A DNA stretch of 64,000 bases from Gammaproteobacteria bacterium (lineage in GTDB: Bacteria > Pseudomonadota > Gammaproteobacteria > JBCCGL01), in the NCBI GenBank assembly GCA_965277715.1, contig OZ255836.1:2592001-2656000 (forward strand). The letters are read 5' to 3'. The position numbers and the translations under genes were made by a program. The notes beneath the pieces are model-generated. The model saw only the letters and a program-made list of their open reading frames with translations. It ran no database searches and had not been told where the DNA came from. Of the stretch, positions 32,543 to 41,987 are shown one piece after another. How positions within the stretch are numbered: the stretch's first letter is position 1; every line of letters begins with the position of its first letter.

Positions 32543-33541
32543 TTACAGAAACCCTAATTCGCGCATTAAGTCACCGACCAGCTTTTCCTGCTCTTCCAGA
32601 AAATCATAAAATGCAGCCCCTGGCTTGTAGACATTGACCCAACCGTTGCGCGAACGCACCGTTTCCCACTCAGGGGTTTGGTACATTTTACCGAGCACAT
32701 CTGCATAGGCGTCAACTTCCGCTTTAGACAGTCCTGGCGCACCGAAAAAACCACGCCAGTTGGCAAATACAGTGGGGTTGCCCATCTCTACCAACGTCGG
32801 CACGTCTGGCGCGTCTTTGAGTCGCTCGGGCGCGGTGATGGCGAGAATACGCACCTGGCCCGCTTTGCTTAATTCCAATGCTTCGCCGAGGCCGGTCGAC
32901 AATAGCTGGGCTTCACCGGAGAGCAGCCCGGCCATTGCTTTGCCGCCTGCATCATAGGGAATATAGCGCAGTACTTTGGGGTCGAGCCCTTCGGCTTTTA
33001 TAGCCGCTGCAGGGACGAGGTGATCGAGGCTGCCCTTTGAGGACCCACCCGCGAATTTCATTTTGCGGGGGTTATCGGCAAACCCCATAACGACATCTTT
33101 CCAGGTTTTGATTGGGCTGTCATTGCGCACCACAAAGGCACCATAATCGGCGATAGTGCCAGCGACAGGGGTGAGATCACGAAATGATTGAGGGAAAACA
33201 CCCGTTAACGAACGCACAACGATAGGCGTGGAGTTGACCATCAAAGTGCCCTTTTGTTGGGCGGCCGTTTCGATGATATGCGCAATAGCTTTACCGCCGC
33301 CACCACCGGAGAGGTTTTGATAAGAGGCTTTCCCGATCAGGCCCGATTTGGTGAGCGCTTCGCCGGTGCCACGTGCGGTGCCGTCCCAGCCGCCACCAGC
33401 GCCGCCGGGGATCAAAAAGTGAATGGATTCGATATCAGCGGCGTTAGTGCTGGTTATTGGGGCGGATAAGGATAACCCCAGTGTGGTGCAGAAGGCCGCT
33501 TTTAGCAGTGCTCTACGGGTAGTGGTGTTGGGAAATTTCAT
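32543..33541 (-). CDS. tctC: Tripartite tricarboxylate transporter substrate-binding protein
   Basis: Signal peptide; PGGAGGGWDGTAR, PDVPTL.E and NWRG motifs. Confidence 0.93.
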   Translation of the reverse strand: MKFPNTTTRRALLKAAFCTTLGLSLSAPITSTNAADIESIHFLIPGGAGGGWDGTARGTGEALTKSGLIGKASYQNLSGGGGGKAIAHIIETAAQQKGTLMVNSTPIVVRSLTGVFPQSFRDLTPVAGTIADYGAFVVRNDSPIKTWKDVVMGFADNPRKMKFAGGSSKGSLDHLVPAAAIKAEGLDPKVLRYIPYDAGGKAMAGLLSGEAQLLSTGLGEALELSKAGQVRILAITAPERLKDAPDVPTLVEMGNPTVFANWRGFFGAPGLSKAEVDAYADVLGKMYQTPEWETVRSRNGWVNVYKPGAAFYDFLEEQEKLVGDLMRELGFL

Positions 33542-33716
33542 TGTTTAATCCTCTGGATTATTGTGTGGGTAGAACATTATCGGTATGTGATCGAACAGGA
33601 AAACCTGTGTGAATACGCTTTGTTTTGTTTTTATTGTGGATTAAATTCATAAAGTGCACACTAATGAAAACCTACCGCTGCCATAACAATTAAAATACTC
33701 AATAAAGGAGATAAAG

Positions 33717-34325
33717 CTATATTTTTCGGTAAGCGGTATTTTTCAGTTGTGTTTTGTATGCGTGTTGTTCGCGCTCTTCGGGTGACATAAACAAATCAGC
33801 GTCTGCGCCGTGTATTTGGCAAATACGTTGTTCCAGGGCTTGTTGGTTTTCGATATTACCATTGTAGTCAATATGTAAAATTTCGCTGTTATTATGCCGT
33901 GTTAAAAAATACCCGACCAACAAACTTCGGTGGCAGGTCGCCGGGTCTTTTTCTGCGCACATCAGCGCGACAGTAAAGCCTTTCTCGATACCTTGGGATA
34001 AACGTACCATACCTTGTTCAAATAGAGGGGATTGCATGAGCCGGTCGAACTGCACCTGCCCTGTTTCATCGTAGTGTGTTGCCTCTTTTGAGCGGGGGCC
34101 AAGCTCCTCCCCTAAATACACATAGCGGATACCACTTTGCTGTAAATGGGCGGTAATGGATTCCTTATGGTATTCGTGGAAGACCTTGCTATAAGGCACC
34201 GAGCGGATGTCGGCAACCACATCGATTTTGTATTGTTGAAGGTGGCTAATAAAGGTTTCGATGGGTTTAGTGGCGTAGCCGATGGTGTAGAGCGTGTGGC
34301 GTTTTTCTGGCATGTGTAGGGTCAA
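33717..34325 (-). CDS. DUF488 family protein
   Basis: LYTIGY, DIRSVPYS and LMCAEKDPATCHRSLLV motifs. Confidence 0.88.
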   Translation of the reverse strand: MTLHMPEKRHTLYTIGYATKPIETFISHLQQYKIDVVADIRSVPYSKVFHEYHKESITAHLQQSGIRYVYLGEELGPRSKEATHYDETGQVQFDRLMQSPLFEQGMVRLSQGIEKGFTVALMCAEKDPATCHRSLLVGYFLTRHNNSEILHIDYNGNIENQQALEQRICQIHGADADLFMSPEEREQHAYKTQLKNTAYRKI

Positions 34326-34510
34326 TGGGGGTTATTCGTGTCTGCGTAACGTAATCTACAATGTAATAGTAAAGCAAAAAATAAAAATACCACGCCTGCT
34401 ACTGCTTTATCGCCAACCCGGTTTGCAGAATAGGGAGGATATAATCTGTATTATGAGATTGATACGTCGCAGGCGCCATTTTGGGCAGTGTCTCTGCCTG
34501 CGGAAAAAAA

Positions 34511-35065
34511 CTAACGGTCAAACAAATGCTTTTTAAGACGCGATGGTGAGAGGTTAACAAAACCATGGCTGGCGCTGGTAATATCACGCGCAAACTTTCT
34601 TTTGCTTTTAGGCAAGACAACCAAAAATCTTTTTGCAGGGTAAAGCTTTCTGACTCTTTCTATGGCGGGTGAAATATCGCTGTCACCACTCAGAATAAAA
34701 GCCGTATCATATTTGTCCCTCAAACCGTCTTCAAGTATCTGAAGTGCTAGCTTAACATCCGTTTCCTTCTCCTCGTGGCTATACCATTTTGTATTGCACT
34801 TGGAACATTGTTCTCTTTGCTTTTTAAAATAAGACATCACCACACTCACACCTGATTTTTTAAGCGCACTGACATAAGACTTATGTTTGGCTAAGTCTTC
34901 TTTTCTCCAAGTGGCGTAGGCTGAGAAGTAGTATAGGTTTTGAAGCGCCTGGTTGTCTTGAAGTAAAGACAAGGCTAGTGATCTGAGATCAATATTTGCG
35001 GAGGGGTTGTCCTTGGTAGCGTGGTAGAAATTGTACCCGTCTACATAAAGTATGACTTTTTTCAT
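34511..35065 (-). CDS. NYN-domain (LabA/DUF88, PIN-like) ribonuclease
   Basis: YVDGYNFY, EEKETDV and SGDSDISP catalytic motifs; CxxC insert. Confidence 0.9.
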   Translation of the reverse strand: MKKVILYVDGYNFYHATKDNPSANIDLRSLALSLLQDNQALQNLYYFSAYATWRKEDLAKHKSYVSALKKSGVSVVMSYFKKQREQCSKCNTKWYSHEEKETDVKLALQILEDGLRDKYDTAFILSGDSDISPAIERVRKLYPAKRFLVVLPKSKRKFARDITSASHGFVNLSPSRLKKHLFDR

Positions 35066-35077
35066 ATTGTAGTTTTT

Positions 35078-35109
35078 AAAAAGAAAAGCCGCCCCACAAG
35101 GAGGCGACT
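35078..35109 (-). terminator. Intrinsic terminator immediately upstream of the NYN start codon
   Basis: Minus strand AGTCGCCTC-cttgt-GGGGCGGCT (9-bp stem with 2 G-U pairs) followed by TTTCTTTTT, 12 nt before the ATG. Confidence 0.7.
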
Positions 35110-35158
35110 CCGACTACAAGCGTCAACGAACGCAACCGTCCTCGTCTTGTAGGTAGTG
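35078..35158 (-). ncRNA. Putative ~80-nt structured leader/antitoxin RNA of the NYN gene
   Basis: Lies between a sigma70-like promoter and the terminator. CTACAAG/CTTGTAG stem; loop ACGAGGA is complementary to TCCTTGT in the terminator. Confidence 0.45.
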
Positions 35159-35163
35159 TGCTA

Positions 35164-35191
35164 AGTGTAGCATATCAAGTAATGATTTCAA
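35164..35191 (-). promoter_or_regulatory. Sigma70-like promoter for the NYN leader
   Basis: TTGAAA-16 nt-TACACT with an extended -10 TG. Confidence 0.55.
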
Positions 35192-35344
35192 AAAATTTTA
35201 CCGGAGCCTATGGGCAAGCCAAAAGTGGCGACTTAGCCAAAATATCCTCCATCATCGCCTTGATGTCAGAGCGCCAGTAGTACCTGCCCACCCGACCAAT
35301 GGTGCAGAGCGTGTGGCGTTTTGCTGGCATGTATCGACAGGCGA

Positions 35345-35632
35345 CTAAACAATAGCAACCGCCGCCCGCATTCCCTCCAAGATTACCTCTTCTGCGGTGC
35401 GCGGTGACAGGCAGTCACCCGGGCAGTCACCCGTCAGGTACACCGCGCAATCCAGGCTGTGCACCGCCCGTTCGAGCGCGGTGTCTGTCACGTGTCCCAG
35501 GAAAGTCACCAGGGTATCGACACCCTCGCAGATTACCGGTTCATCGCTGGTGATATTTTGCAAGTATACGGTCTCTTCATCCGCCGCACATAAACGCACG
35601 TAGGGGATAATCTCGACACCGAGCTTGTGCAT
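35345..35632 (-). pseudogene. C-terminal fragment of an NADH:flavin oxidoreductase/FAD-dependent oxidoreductase
   Basis: VDTLV and GDCLSPRTAEE.I.EG.RAA C-terminal motifs. No N-terminal domains; 12-bp internal duplication; a second partial copy at about 62565-62720. Confidence 0.65.
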
Positions 35633-35692
35633 GGTGCTCAGTCATTGAAAAAAAGAGGAAAAGAGGGTGTCCTTTTGGCTTTTGCTGGAGAT

Positions 35693-36760
35693 TCATGCTT
35701 GATGGACACTCTTTGCTACGACCTCTGCTAGTGTAACAGGGGCGACATTTCCAATCTGTCTCATACGTTCGCTCCAAGCACCTGATATATAATAGTCATC
35801 AGGAAATGTTTGAATACGTGCAGCTTCGCGAACAGTAAAATAGCGAATTGAATCATCATTAAAGCGGATCATGTTTTCCCCTCCGGGCACACCATGATCA
35901 CCGGCTTTTAATGCTTTCGAAGGCTCATCAATAGGGCTTCCTGTATGTCCCGGATAAGATTTTGCGCCATCTTTAAATATATGATTATTAAATTCGTTTT
36001 TTCTTTTTGGGCTAGGAAGATCAGATATTGCTTCTCTTACTGTTACCCAGGGTTTTTCTTGAGGCTCAAAGAAGCCATATTTTTTTAGTAGCTGAGACGC
36101 TAATTTTTCCTTTGAAATATTCAAAGGCGGGCTATCATTCTTTGCTACTTTTAGCCGCTCCCAATAGTCTCCAGTAACCCACTGTTGCCACAACAATGCA
36201 TCCTGTGAGTGAGTTGCCTTTGGGAAACTCCATTCAATATTAAGGTTATTTCTGAAACCTACGATAAAAACTCTTTCTCTTTTTTGCGGGACACCATAGT
36301 CAGCAGCATTTAACAGTCTAAAGACGACATTGTACTTTAACCCTCTATATCTCCCACTTGTATGGATTGCCTATAGCCTTCTTAAATGTTGCTCCCATTT
36401 CTCATTGTTTTCACGAACTATATTTGGGTAGATGAGCTGAAGAATAGTATACTCAAAATACGAATTGAAATTTTTTCGTAACAGGCCTTTTACATTCTCA
36501 AAGATAAAAACATCTGGTTTTGCTTCTCGTACTGCACGAACAGCCTGTGGAAGCATGTCCCTTTCATCATTAAAGGCTCTGTGTTTACCTCCAAGTGAAA
36601 GGGTTGGCATGGTGGGCCGCCAGCAACGACTGAAATGCTGCTCTTATATTTTTTGAAAGAGAAATTTTTTACATCACTATGTTGAATATCCCATTCTTTT
36701 ATTTGGGCTTGTCCTTCATCGTGATTTTTAATAAGTGTATCTACTGCATCTTTAAAGAGT
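35693..36760 (-). pseudogene. DNA (cytosine-5) methyltransferase, frameshifted and 5'-truncated
   Basis: GGPPCQPF, FENVKG, LNAADYGVPQKRERVFIVG, TVREAARIQTFPD and QIGN motifs split across frames; motif I is absent. Confidence 0.9.
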
Positions 36761-36879
36761 GCTGAATCGGTTTCTTTCTGAGCGCTTCTACCTTGCCTCC
36801 AACCCGGTAATACGGCTTTGCCCACATAGATCGGAATATCTTTATTGAAAATTAGTATACTAACAAAAAACAGTAAACA

Positions 36880-37293
36880 TTAATCCAGCCAGCTCTCTAA
36901 TGCCAGTTTGGGAATTCTTGCAAACTCTCGGGTATTGGCACTTACCAGCACCTGACCCAGGGATAGTGCCTGAGCACCAATCAGCAAATCATTGCTGCCT
37001 ATAGGTAAACCACGCTTTTCCAACAACACCCGCAAATCGCCATACACCATACTAGCTTCGGCAGTCAGCGGTATTATTGGTAAGCTAGTAAGAATACGTT
37101 CAATATTATTGCTTAAAGCGAGGGAATTCTTTCTTGCCGCACCATACCGTAACTCACAGGCGACTATGACACTAGTGCAACATTGTCGTTCACAGCCGCT
37201 TTCAGTAATGTAAGCAGCAACTTTACCCTGGGGGTTTTTGATTAAATCAGAAAGGATATTGGTGTCGAGTAAATACCGGTAGTCCATTGCCAT
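36880..37293 (-). CDS. vapC: VapC PIN-domain toxin
   Basis: LLDTNILS, ELRYG, NDLLI and NTREF motifs. Confidence 0.93.
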   Translation of the reverse strand: MAMDYRYLLDTNILSDLIKNPQGKVAAYITESGCERQCCTSVIVACELRYGAARKNSLALSNNIERILTSLPIIPLTAEASMVYGDLRVLLEKRGLPIGSNDLLIGAQALSLGQVLVSANTREFARIPKLALESWLD

Positions 37294-37304
37294 TATACAT
37301 CCAG

Positions 37305-37541
37305 TTAAAAAATATCTTCCGCTTCGACAAGTGAATCCGGTATGTCGGGAAAATTTTCACGCCATGGTTTCATATCAGCCAACACGCTGAGTAAACCCGG
37401 TTTTTCTACTGGGCAGATTATCAGTTGATCGCCTTCTTTACGAATAATAGCCTCTGTACCTTCTAGCTCAAACTCTCTGGGTATTCGTAAGGCTTGGTTA
37501 CGTCCGTTTCTAAATAAACTGACGTGTCTTTCAGTTTGCAT
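37305..37541 (-). CDS. vapB: VapB antitoxin (AbrB/SpoVT fold)
   Basis: LFRNGRNQALRIPREF motif; upstream of vapC. Confidence 0.92.
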   Translation of the reverse strand: MQTERHVSLFRNGRNQALRIPREFELEGTEAIIRKEGDQLIICPVEKPGLLSVLADMKPWRENFPDIPDSLVEAEDIF

Positions 37542-37562
37542 TCGTTACCACATATTCAGTAA

Positions 37563-37582
37563 GCATATGACAAAGCATATGC
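37563..37582. promoter_or_regulatory. Probable vapBC operator (two GCATATG palindromes)
   Basis: GCATATGacaaaGCATATGC just upstream of vapB. Confidence 0.5.
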
Positions 37583-37754
37583 CTGGTGTGTTTTCTTGTC
37601 AAATAGTAAAAAATAGGCTCTGAGAGACACCCGTTTTGTGGCACTCGATCATCGACACCTCGCGCTGCCAGCCATATTTTAACCAATCATTATAGCTTCC
37701 CGCCCTTCCTTCACTGAATTTCAAGCGCCGTATCGTGCGGGAACGGTTAACCTT

Positions 37755-37934
37755 GAAGTAATACGTGAAGCGCTCAGAAACCAGATACGCCTATCGATAA
37801 AAGAGCAATTTGATGACCGTATCGTTTCCGGGCGTCAACAAGCGAAAACAGGGAAAGGTACAGTTGCTGACGATGCTTACTTTGATGCGGCACGTTTATA
37901 TGTCAAAGAAAAATATATAACGCCGCCCATTTAA
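37755..37934 (+). pseudogene. 5'-truncated ParD-like (RHH) antitoxin fragment
   Basis: Frame reads EVIREALRNQIRLSIKEQFDDRIVSGRQQAKTGKG..., which contains the ParD SEVIREALR motif. No start codon and no parE. Confidence 0.55.
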
Positions 37935-38067
37935 GCATGAACATTGCTGTTTATATGGTATCTGAAAGGCATCGCCAGTGGCGTTCAATCTTTGACAAGC
38001 GCCTGGATACTATTAACAGGGCTTAATTACCTATTGATATAACGTATACCGATGTTGGTATTATGTG

Positions 38068-38853
38068 TCACGTTTCATTTCTTATCCAATGTACTTCACT
38101 TCGAATTGTTCCATCAGGGAAGAGATCCAAAATTCGGAAACCCTGAATCGATCCGTCCAAACTGTGAGAAGCCCAAAAATCTTCATGGTCAACTGGCTCC
38201 CCAAATTGTGCATGTGATACATGTGCAAATGTTGATGGTGTAGTAAATTGTACATGTCCCTCAGTATTGATCTCAGATGCATTGTGCGTATGCCCAGCTA
38301 TTACTCCTTTTATATTCCTGTGGCTATTAAGTAGTGCTGTAAATTCTACTGAATTGAGAAGTTTACACCCGGAAGATGGGCATACGTTGGACGGGGTGTG
38401 ATGAAGAGCTACCAGTATTGGGTGATCCCCAAATTCTGCAATATACTTCTTTATTTCAGAGATTTCGGTTGAACTCACACATCCATGTGAATGGCTTTCA
38501 ACCTGTGAATTAACGAATAAGAATCCCCAGTTAGAAAGCTCGGTCACATTAGTAAAGAATATTTCATCGACGTTAAAACAAGCGAGCATATTCGATACAT
38601 CGTCATGGTTACCTGGCAACACATATACAGGAATTTCGAGCCTTGCCAATATACCGCGAAGTCTTTCGTATGTTGTTTTAGAGCCATCCTCCGCCAAGTC
38701 ACCAGTTGCAATTATGAGATTTGGCTGCTTGGGTAGTTGCTTGATTGCGTCGATAACGTTTTCAAGTGAAAGAGCGGTATCAACCCCGTATAACTCCGAG
38801 CCAGGTTGTGCTGTGAGATGTATATCAGTAATTTGTGCTACGCGTATTGTCAT
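38068..38853 (-). CDS. Metallophosphoesterase, CpdA/Icc-like cyclic nucleotide phosphodiesterase; integron-cassette-like context
   Basis: DIH, TGDL, PGNHD, LHH and GHTH motifs; preceded by a GTTATGT core site. Confidence 0.88.
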   Translation of the reverse strand: MTIRVAQITDIHLTAQPGSELYGVDTALSLENVIDAIKQLPKQPNLIIATGDLAEDGSKTTYERLRGILARLEIPVYVLPGNHDDVSNMLACFNVDEIFFTNVTELSNWGFLFVNSQVESHSHGCVSSTEISEIKKYIAEFGDHPILVALHHTPSNVCPSSGCKLLNSVEFTALLNSHRNIKGVIAGHTHNASEINTEGHVQFTTPSTFAHVSHAQFGEPVDHEDFWASHSLDGSIQGFRILDLFPDGTIRSEVHWIRNET

Positions 38854-38885
38854 GATTTCGGATTATTGTCGTATTCTAGTGTGAC

Positions 38886-38926
38886 ACATAACAGTTAGTA
38901 TCAGGCAGATTTGCCTTGATAAGTAA
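38886..38926 (-). other. attI-like relic homologous to 62106-62140
   Basis: acataac-agttagtatcaggcagatttgccttgata versus tgctaac-aattggtatcaggcaaatttgccctgata, which lies next to the intI relic. Confidence 0.6.
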
Positions 38927-38960
38927 TGGTAATTCTGGGGACATAGAACTTAATTATACC

Positions 38961-39407
38961 GGTTCTTCCCCGATTATTGTGAAGCCACTGGTTCCCTATC
39001 CAGCTTTTAAACGCCAACGAAATGGATACTTTTAACCCTGAAGGGTCTAAATCAACTGACACCACTGACCAGAATGGCACTTCCTTAAGCTGTAAGTATT
39101 TGAAAGTATTGGTATTACGTGCTTGGTTCAGATAACTTGGCATATGGTTCTTGAAAGCAATATTTGTAAAACTATCCCGGTTATCATTGGCGGCAACTTT
39201 CAAAATATCATTTTTTTTCTTAGAAAGAATAAATAAACTCTTTACTATCAGTTGCTTACGCCTTAAGGAAGTGCCATTCACCACTGACCAGTCATCTGTC
39301 AGGCATAGGAGCTGGCTGTAGTGTTCTTCAAGGCTCGATAGCACCGGAGTCTCTCAATGGCAAAGGGGGATGAAATACTATAACTTCACACAAACCGGGG
39401 AAGAACC
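38961..39407 (-). mobile_element. Internally deleted ISL3 derivative (same element as 58575-59892)
   Basis: Both GGTTCTTCCCCG/CGGGGAAGAACC ends and the terminal transposase sequences are retained; the middle is deleted. Confidence 0.92.
39072..39279. mobile_element. 208-bp MITE (IS4-like ends) nested in the ISL3 derivative
   Basis: Perfect 18-bp TIR GAATGGCACTTCCTTAAG; 11-bp target duplication ACCACTGACCA (39061-39071 and 39280-39290). The empty site is visible in the full ISL3. Confidence 0.92.
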
Positions 39408-39570
39408 TTTAAAGATTCCGAGTTGAGTTATATTCATTTCGTGTCGCATAATTATTGAAGTTATTAGTAACATTGTGATTTTTTAATGATTGGCGCTTTA
39501 AATTTGGTGGTTTTGTACTATTGTTTAGATTGTTGCTTAACAATGTAATTATAAAAATAAAGGGGGAAGT

Positions 39571-41154
39571 ATGGAGTTTACGACAATTGTATTTATTGTG
39601 GTGATTGTTTTGCTGATCGCTACGATTGGCAAGATTGGTACAGATAAAGGCGTTTTAGAAAAATCTCTGGAAGCACTAAAGAAAACACTAGAAGCAGCGG
39701 AGGCTACTATTGCTAACCTGGAACCACTGAAAAAATACCAATCCATTCAAGATGCTGACCGGGAAGCACAGCGCATACTAAAAGACGCTAATGAACAGTC
39801 CAATCAGACTATTAATTCCGCGCTGGAAAAGTCAGAAAAAATTCAGACTGATGCGATAGAAATATCTGATAACCTTCGCGCTGAGAGCCGTGCCAATGCT
39901 CGCGCAACTCGCGAGAAAAATGAAGCGTTGCTCAACACAGCGCAAGAACAACACGATAAGATTATTGACACAGCTCGACAGCAAGCAATAGAAATTGCAG
40001 GTGATGCTCTCAAGGCCAAGGAAAATACCGACCTATACAGTAAGACAGCCGCAGCTATGAAAAATGCGATCAAAGGCTATGGCGATGAATATCTAATTCC
40101 CAATCACACTTTGATTGATGAGCTTGCCGAGGATTTTGGCCATAAAGAGGGTGGACAAAAACTTAAAGATGCGCGTGCCCATAGCCGTACACTGATTAAA
40201 AACGAAATGGCCGCTGAGTGTGATTACAAAGAACCAAATCGGCGGACCGATGCTATTCATTTTGTGTTAGATGCCTTTAATGGAAAGGTCGACACTGCAT
40301 TGGCAAAAGCAAAGCACGACAACTTTGGGAAATTGCAACAAGAAATAGAAGATGGCTCTAATCTGGTCAACCGTACTGGCCAAGCTTTTCGTAATGCCAG
40401 AGTAACGCCAATCTATCTTTCCGCTCGATTGGATGAGTTACGTTGGGCTGTTACAACTAACGAACTAAAACGACTCGAGCGTGAAGAGCAACGTGTTATT
40501 AGAGAGGCTATGCGTGAAGAGGAGCGTGCTCGACGTGAATATGAAAAAGCTCAAAAAGAGGCAGCTAAAGAAGAGAGCATGCTACAAAAAGCAATGGAAA
40601 CTGCTAGAAAGCAACTGGCTGGTGCTAACGAAGAGCAGCGACAGCAATATGAACAACAACTGGCTGATCTGGAACTGAAGCTACATGAAGCTGAAGAGAA
40701 GAATCAACGCGCTTTGTCTATGGCTCAGCAAACACGACAAGGGCATGTGTATGTTATTTCCAATATAGGTTCTTTCGGTGAGAATATCTTCAAGATCGGT
40801 ATGACTCGACGACTGGAACCAATGGACAGAGTAAAAGAACTAGGTGACGCCAGTGTACCTTTTGGGTTCGATGTACATGCGATGATTCATAGTGATAATG
40901 CACCACAGTTGGAAAAAGCGCTGCACGAACGATTTAATGGTGAAAGAGTTAATAGGATTAATTTGCGCAAAGAATTTTTTAACGTGAGTATTATTGATAT
41001 ACGCCATATTATTCAGTCTATGGACATAGACGTGCATTGGACAATGAGAGCTGAAGCATTGGAATACCGTGAAAGTTTAGTTGAGAAAAATAGACCTCCC
41101 AAGGTTAATTTAACCGTCCAACCAGTAGTAAACGAACAGCTTGCGACTGCGTAA
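39571..41154 (+). CDS. DUF4041 + T5orf172 (GIY-YIG-like) domain protein with N-terminal TM helix and coiled coil
   Basis: GHVYVISNIGSFGE..FKIGMTRRLEP.DRV.ELGDASVPF.FDVHA and RKEFF motifs. Confidence 0.9.
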   Translation: MEFTTIVFIVVIVLLIATIGKIGTDKGVLEKSLEALKKTLEAAEATIANLEPLKKYQSIQDADREAQRILKDANEQSNQTINSALEKSEKIQTDAIEISDNLRAESRANARATREKNEALLNTAQEQHDKIIDTARQQAIEIAGDALKAKENTDLYSKTAAAMKNAIKGYGDEYLIPNHTLIDELAEDFGHKEGGQKLKDARAHSRTLIKNEMAAECDYKEPNRRTDAIHFVLDAFNGKVDTALAKAKHDNFGKLQQEIEDGSNLVNRTGQAFRNARVTPIYLSARLDELRWAVTTNELKRLEREEQRVIREAMREEERARREYEKAQKEAAKEESMLQKAMETARKQLAGANEEQRQQYEQQLADLELKLHEAEEKNQRALSMAQQTRQGHVYVISNIGSFGENIFKIGMTRRLEPMDRVKELGDASVPFGFDVHAMIHSDNAPQLEKALHERFNGERVNRINLRKEFFNVSIIDIRHIIQSMDIDVHWTMRAEALEYRESLVEKNRPPKVNLTVQPVVNEQLATA

Positions 41155-41476
41155 TTAATAACGTGACTATAAAGCGGATCAATGTCTAGTATTATAGAGA
41201 AATGCAAGGATATCCCAAAAATGGAAAACAGCACCCGGGATAATCAAACCTGCGTTTTTTACCTATTTGGGGGGGGGGTATTCGGTGTAATGGTTCAACG
41301 GTTGAATTTTATTTTAGGGGGAAGTATTTTTTTCAGACAAGGCAAAAATAACCCATTGTGAATGGGTTGAGTAATACACCAGGAATCAAGTATTTACTTG
41401 TGTGCAGTGTGCAGGGTTAGTACATGGGGTCTAGAAAACCGTGTTGTTGAAGTGCGCCATCGCATCAATTAGTCAA

Positions 41477-41980
41477 TTATTCCCACTCATATTTCGATAT
41501 GTTTTGACCGTCAATTGTATACGCTGCCTCCGCATACTCTGAACGAACTGATTCGACTTGCATGATTCCTTCTACCCATACAGGTTCGTAGAGGTCGATG
41601 CTTACCCATGGTTTTTTTAGTTTGACGTAAATCACTTGATTGGCCGGGGGAGGTGGAACGTGTAGGCAGGCACCGACGTAGGGCACCAGTAAAAACTCGG
41701 AGACTTCATCGCCGTTAAATTCAAGCGGCAACATGAAACCGGGAATTTTAATTCGTTGATTGTTCAGCTTGCCAACAGTGGGTGCAGAAGGACTTTGCAG
41801 GCTTTCATCTCCGCTATCTTCCAGAAACATTGACGTACTGTTATTGGGTTCTGGTGACCAGTTTTTGGGCATCAGCTCTTCCCAGCCGATGACCTGAAAC
41901 TCTTGATCAGTTGCATGACTGTTTGTAAGCACTATAAGCAATAATGCTGTGTTAATAGTTCGAAATAAGATAGACATCAC
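41477..41980 (-). CDS. DUF3299 protein (ZrgD-like)
   Basis: IPGF..PL and EFLLVPY.GACLHVPPPPANQ motifs. Confidence 0.88.
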   Translation of the reverse strand: MMSILFRTINTALLLIVLTNSHATDQEFQVIGWEELMPKNWSPEPNNSTSMFLEDSGDESLQSPSAPTVGKLNNQRIKIPGFMLPLEFNGDEVSEFLLVPYVGACLHVPPPPANQVIYVKLKKPWVSIDLYEPVWVEGIMQVESVRSEYAEAAYTIDGQNISKYEWE

Positions 41981-41987
41981 GTTCCCC

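Noticed and set aside
38901-39344. 147-aa ORF
   Set aside because: Chimeric read-through of the ISL3 start, the MITE and flanking DNA.
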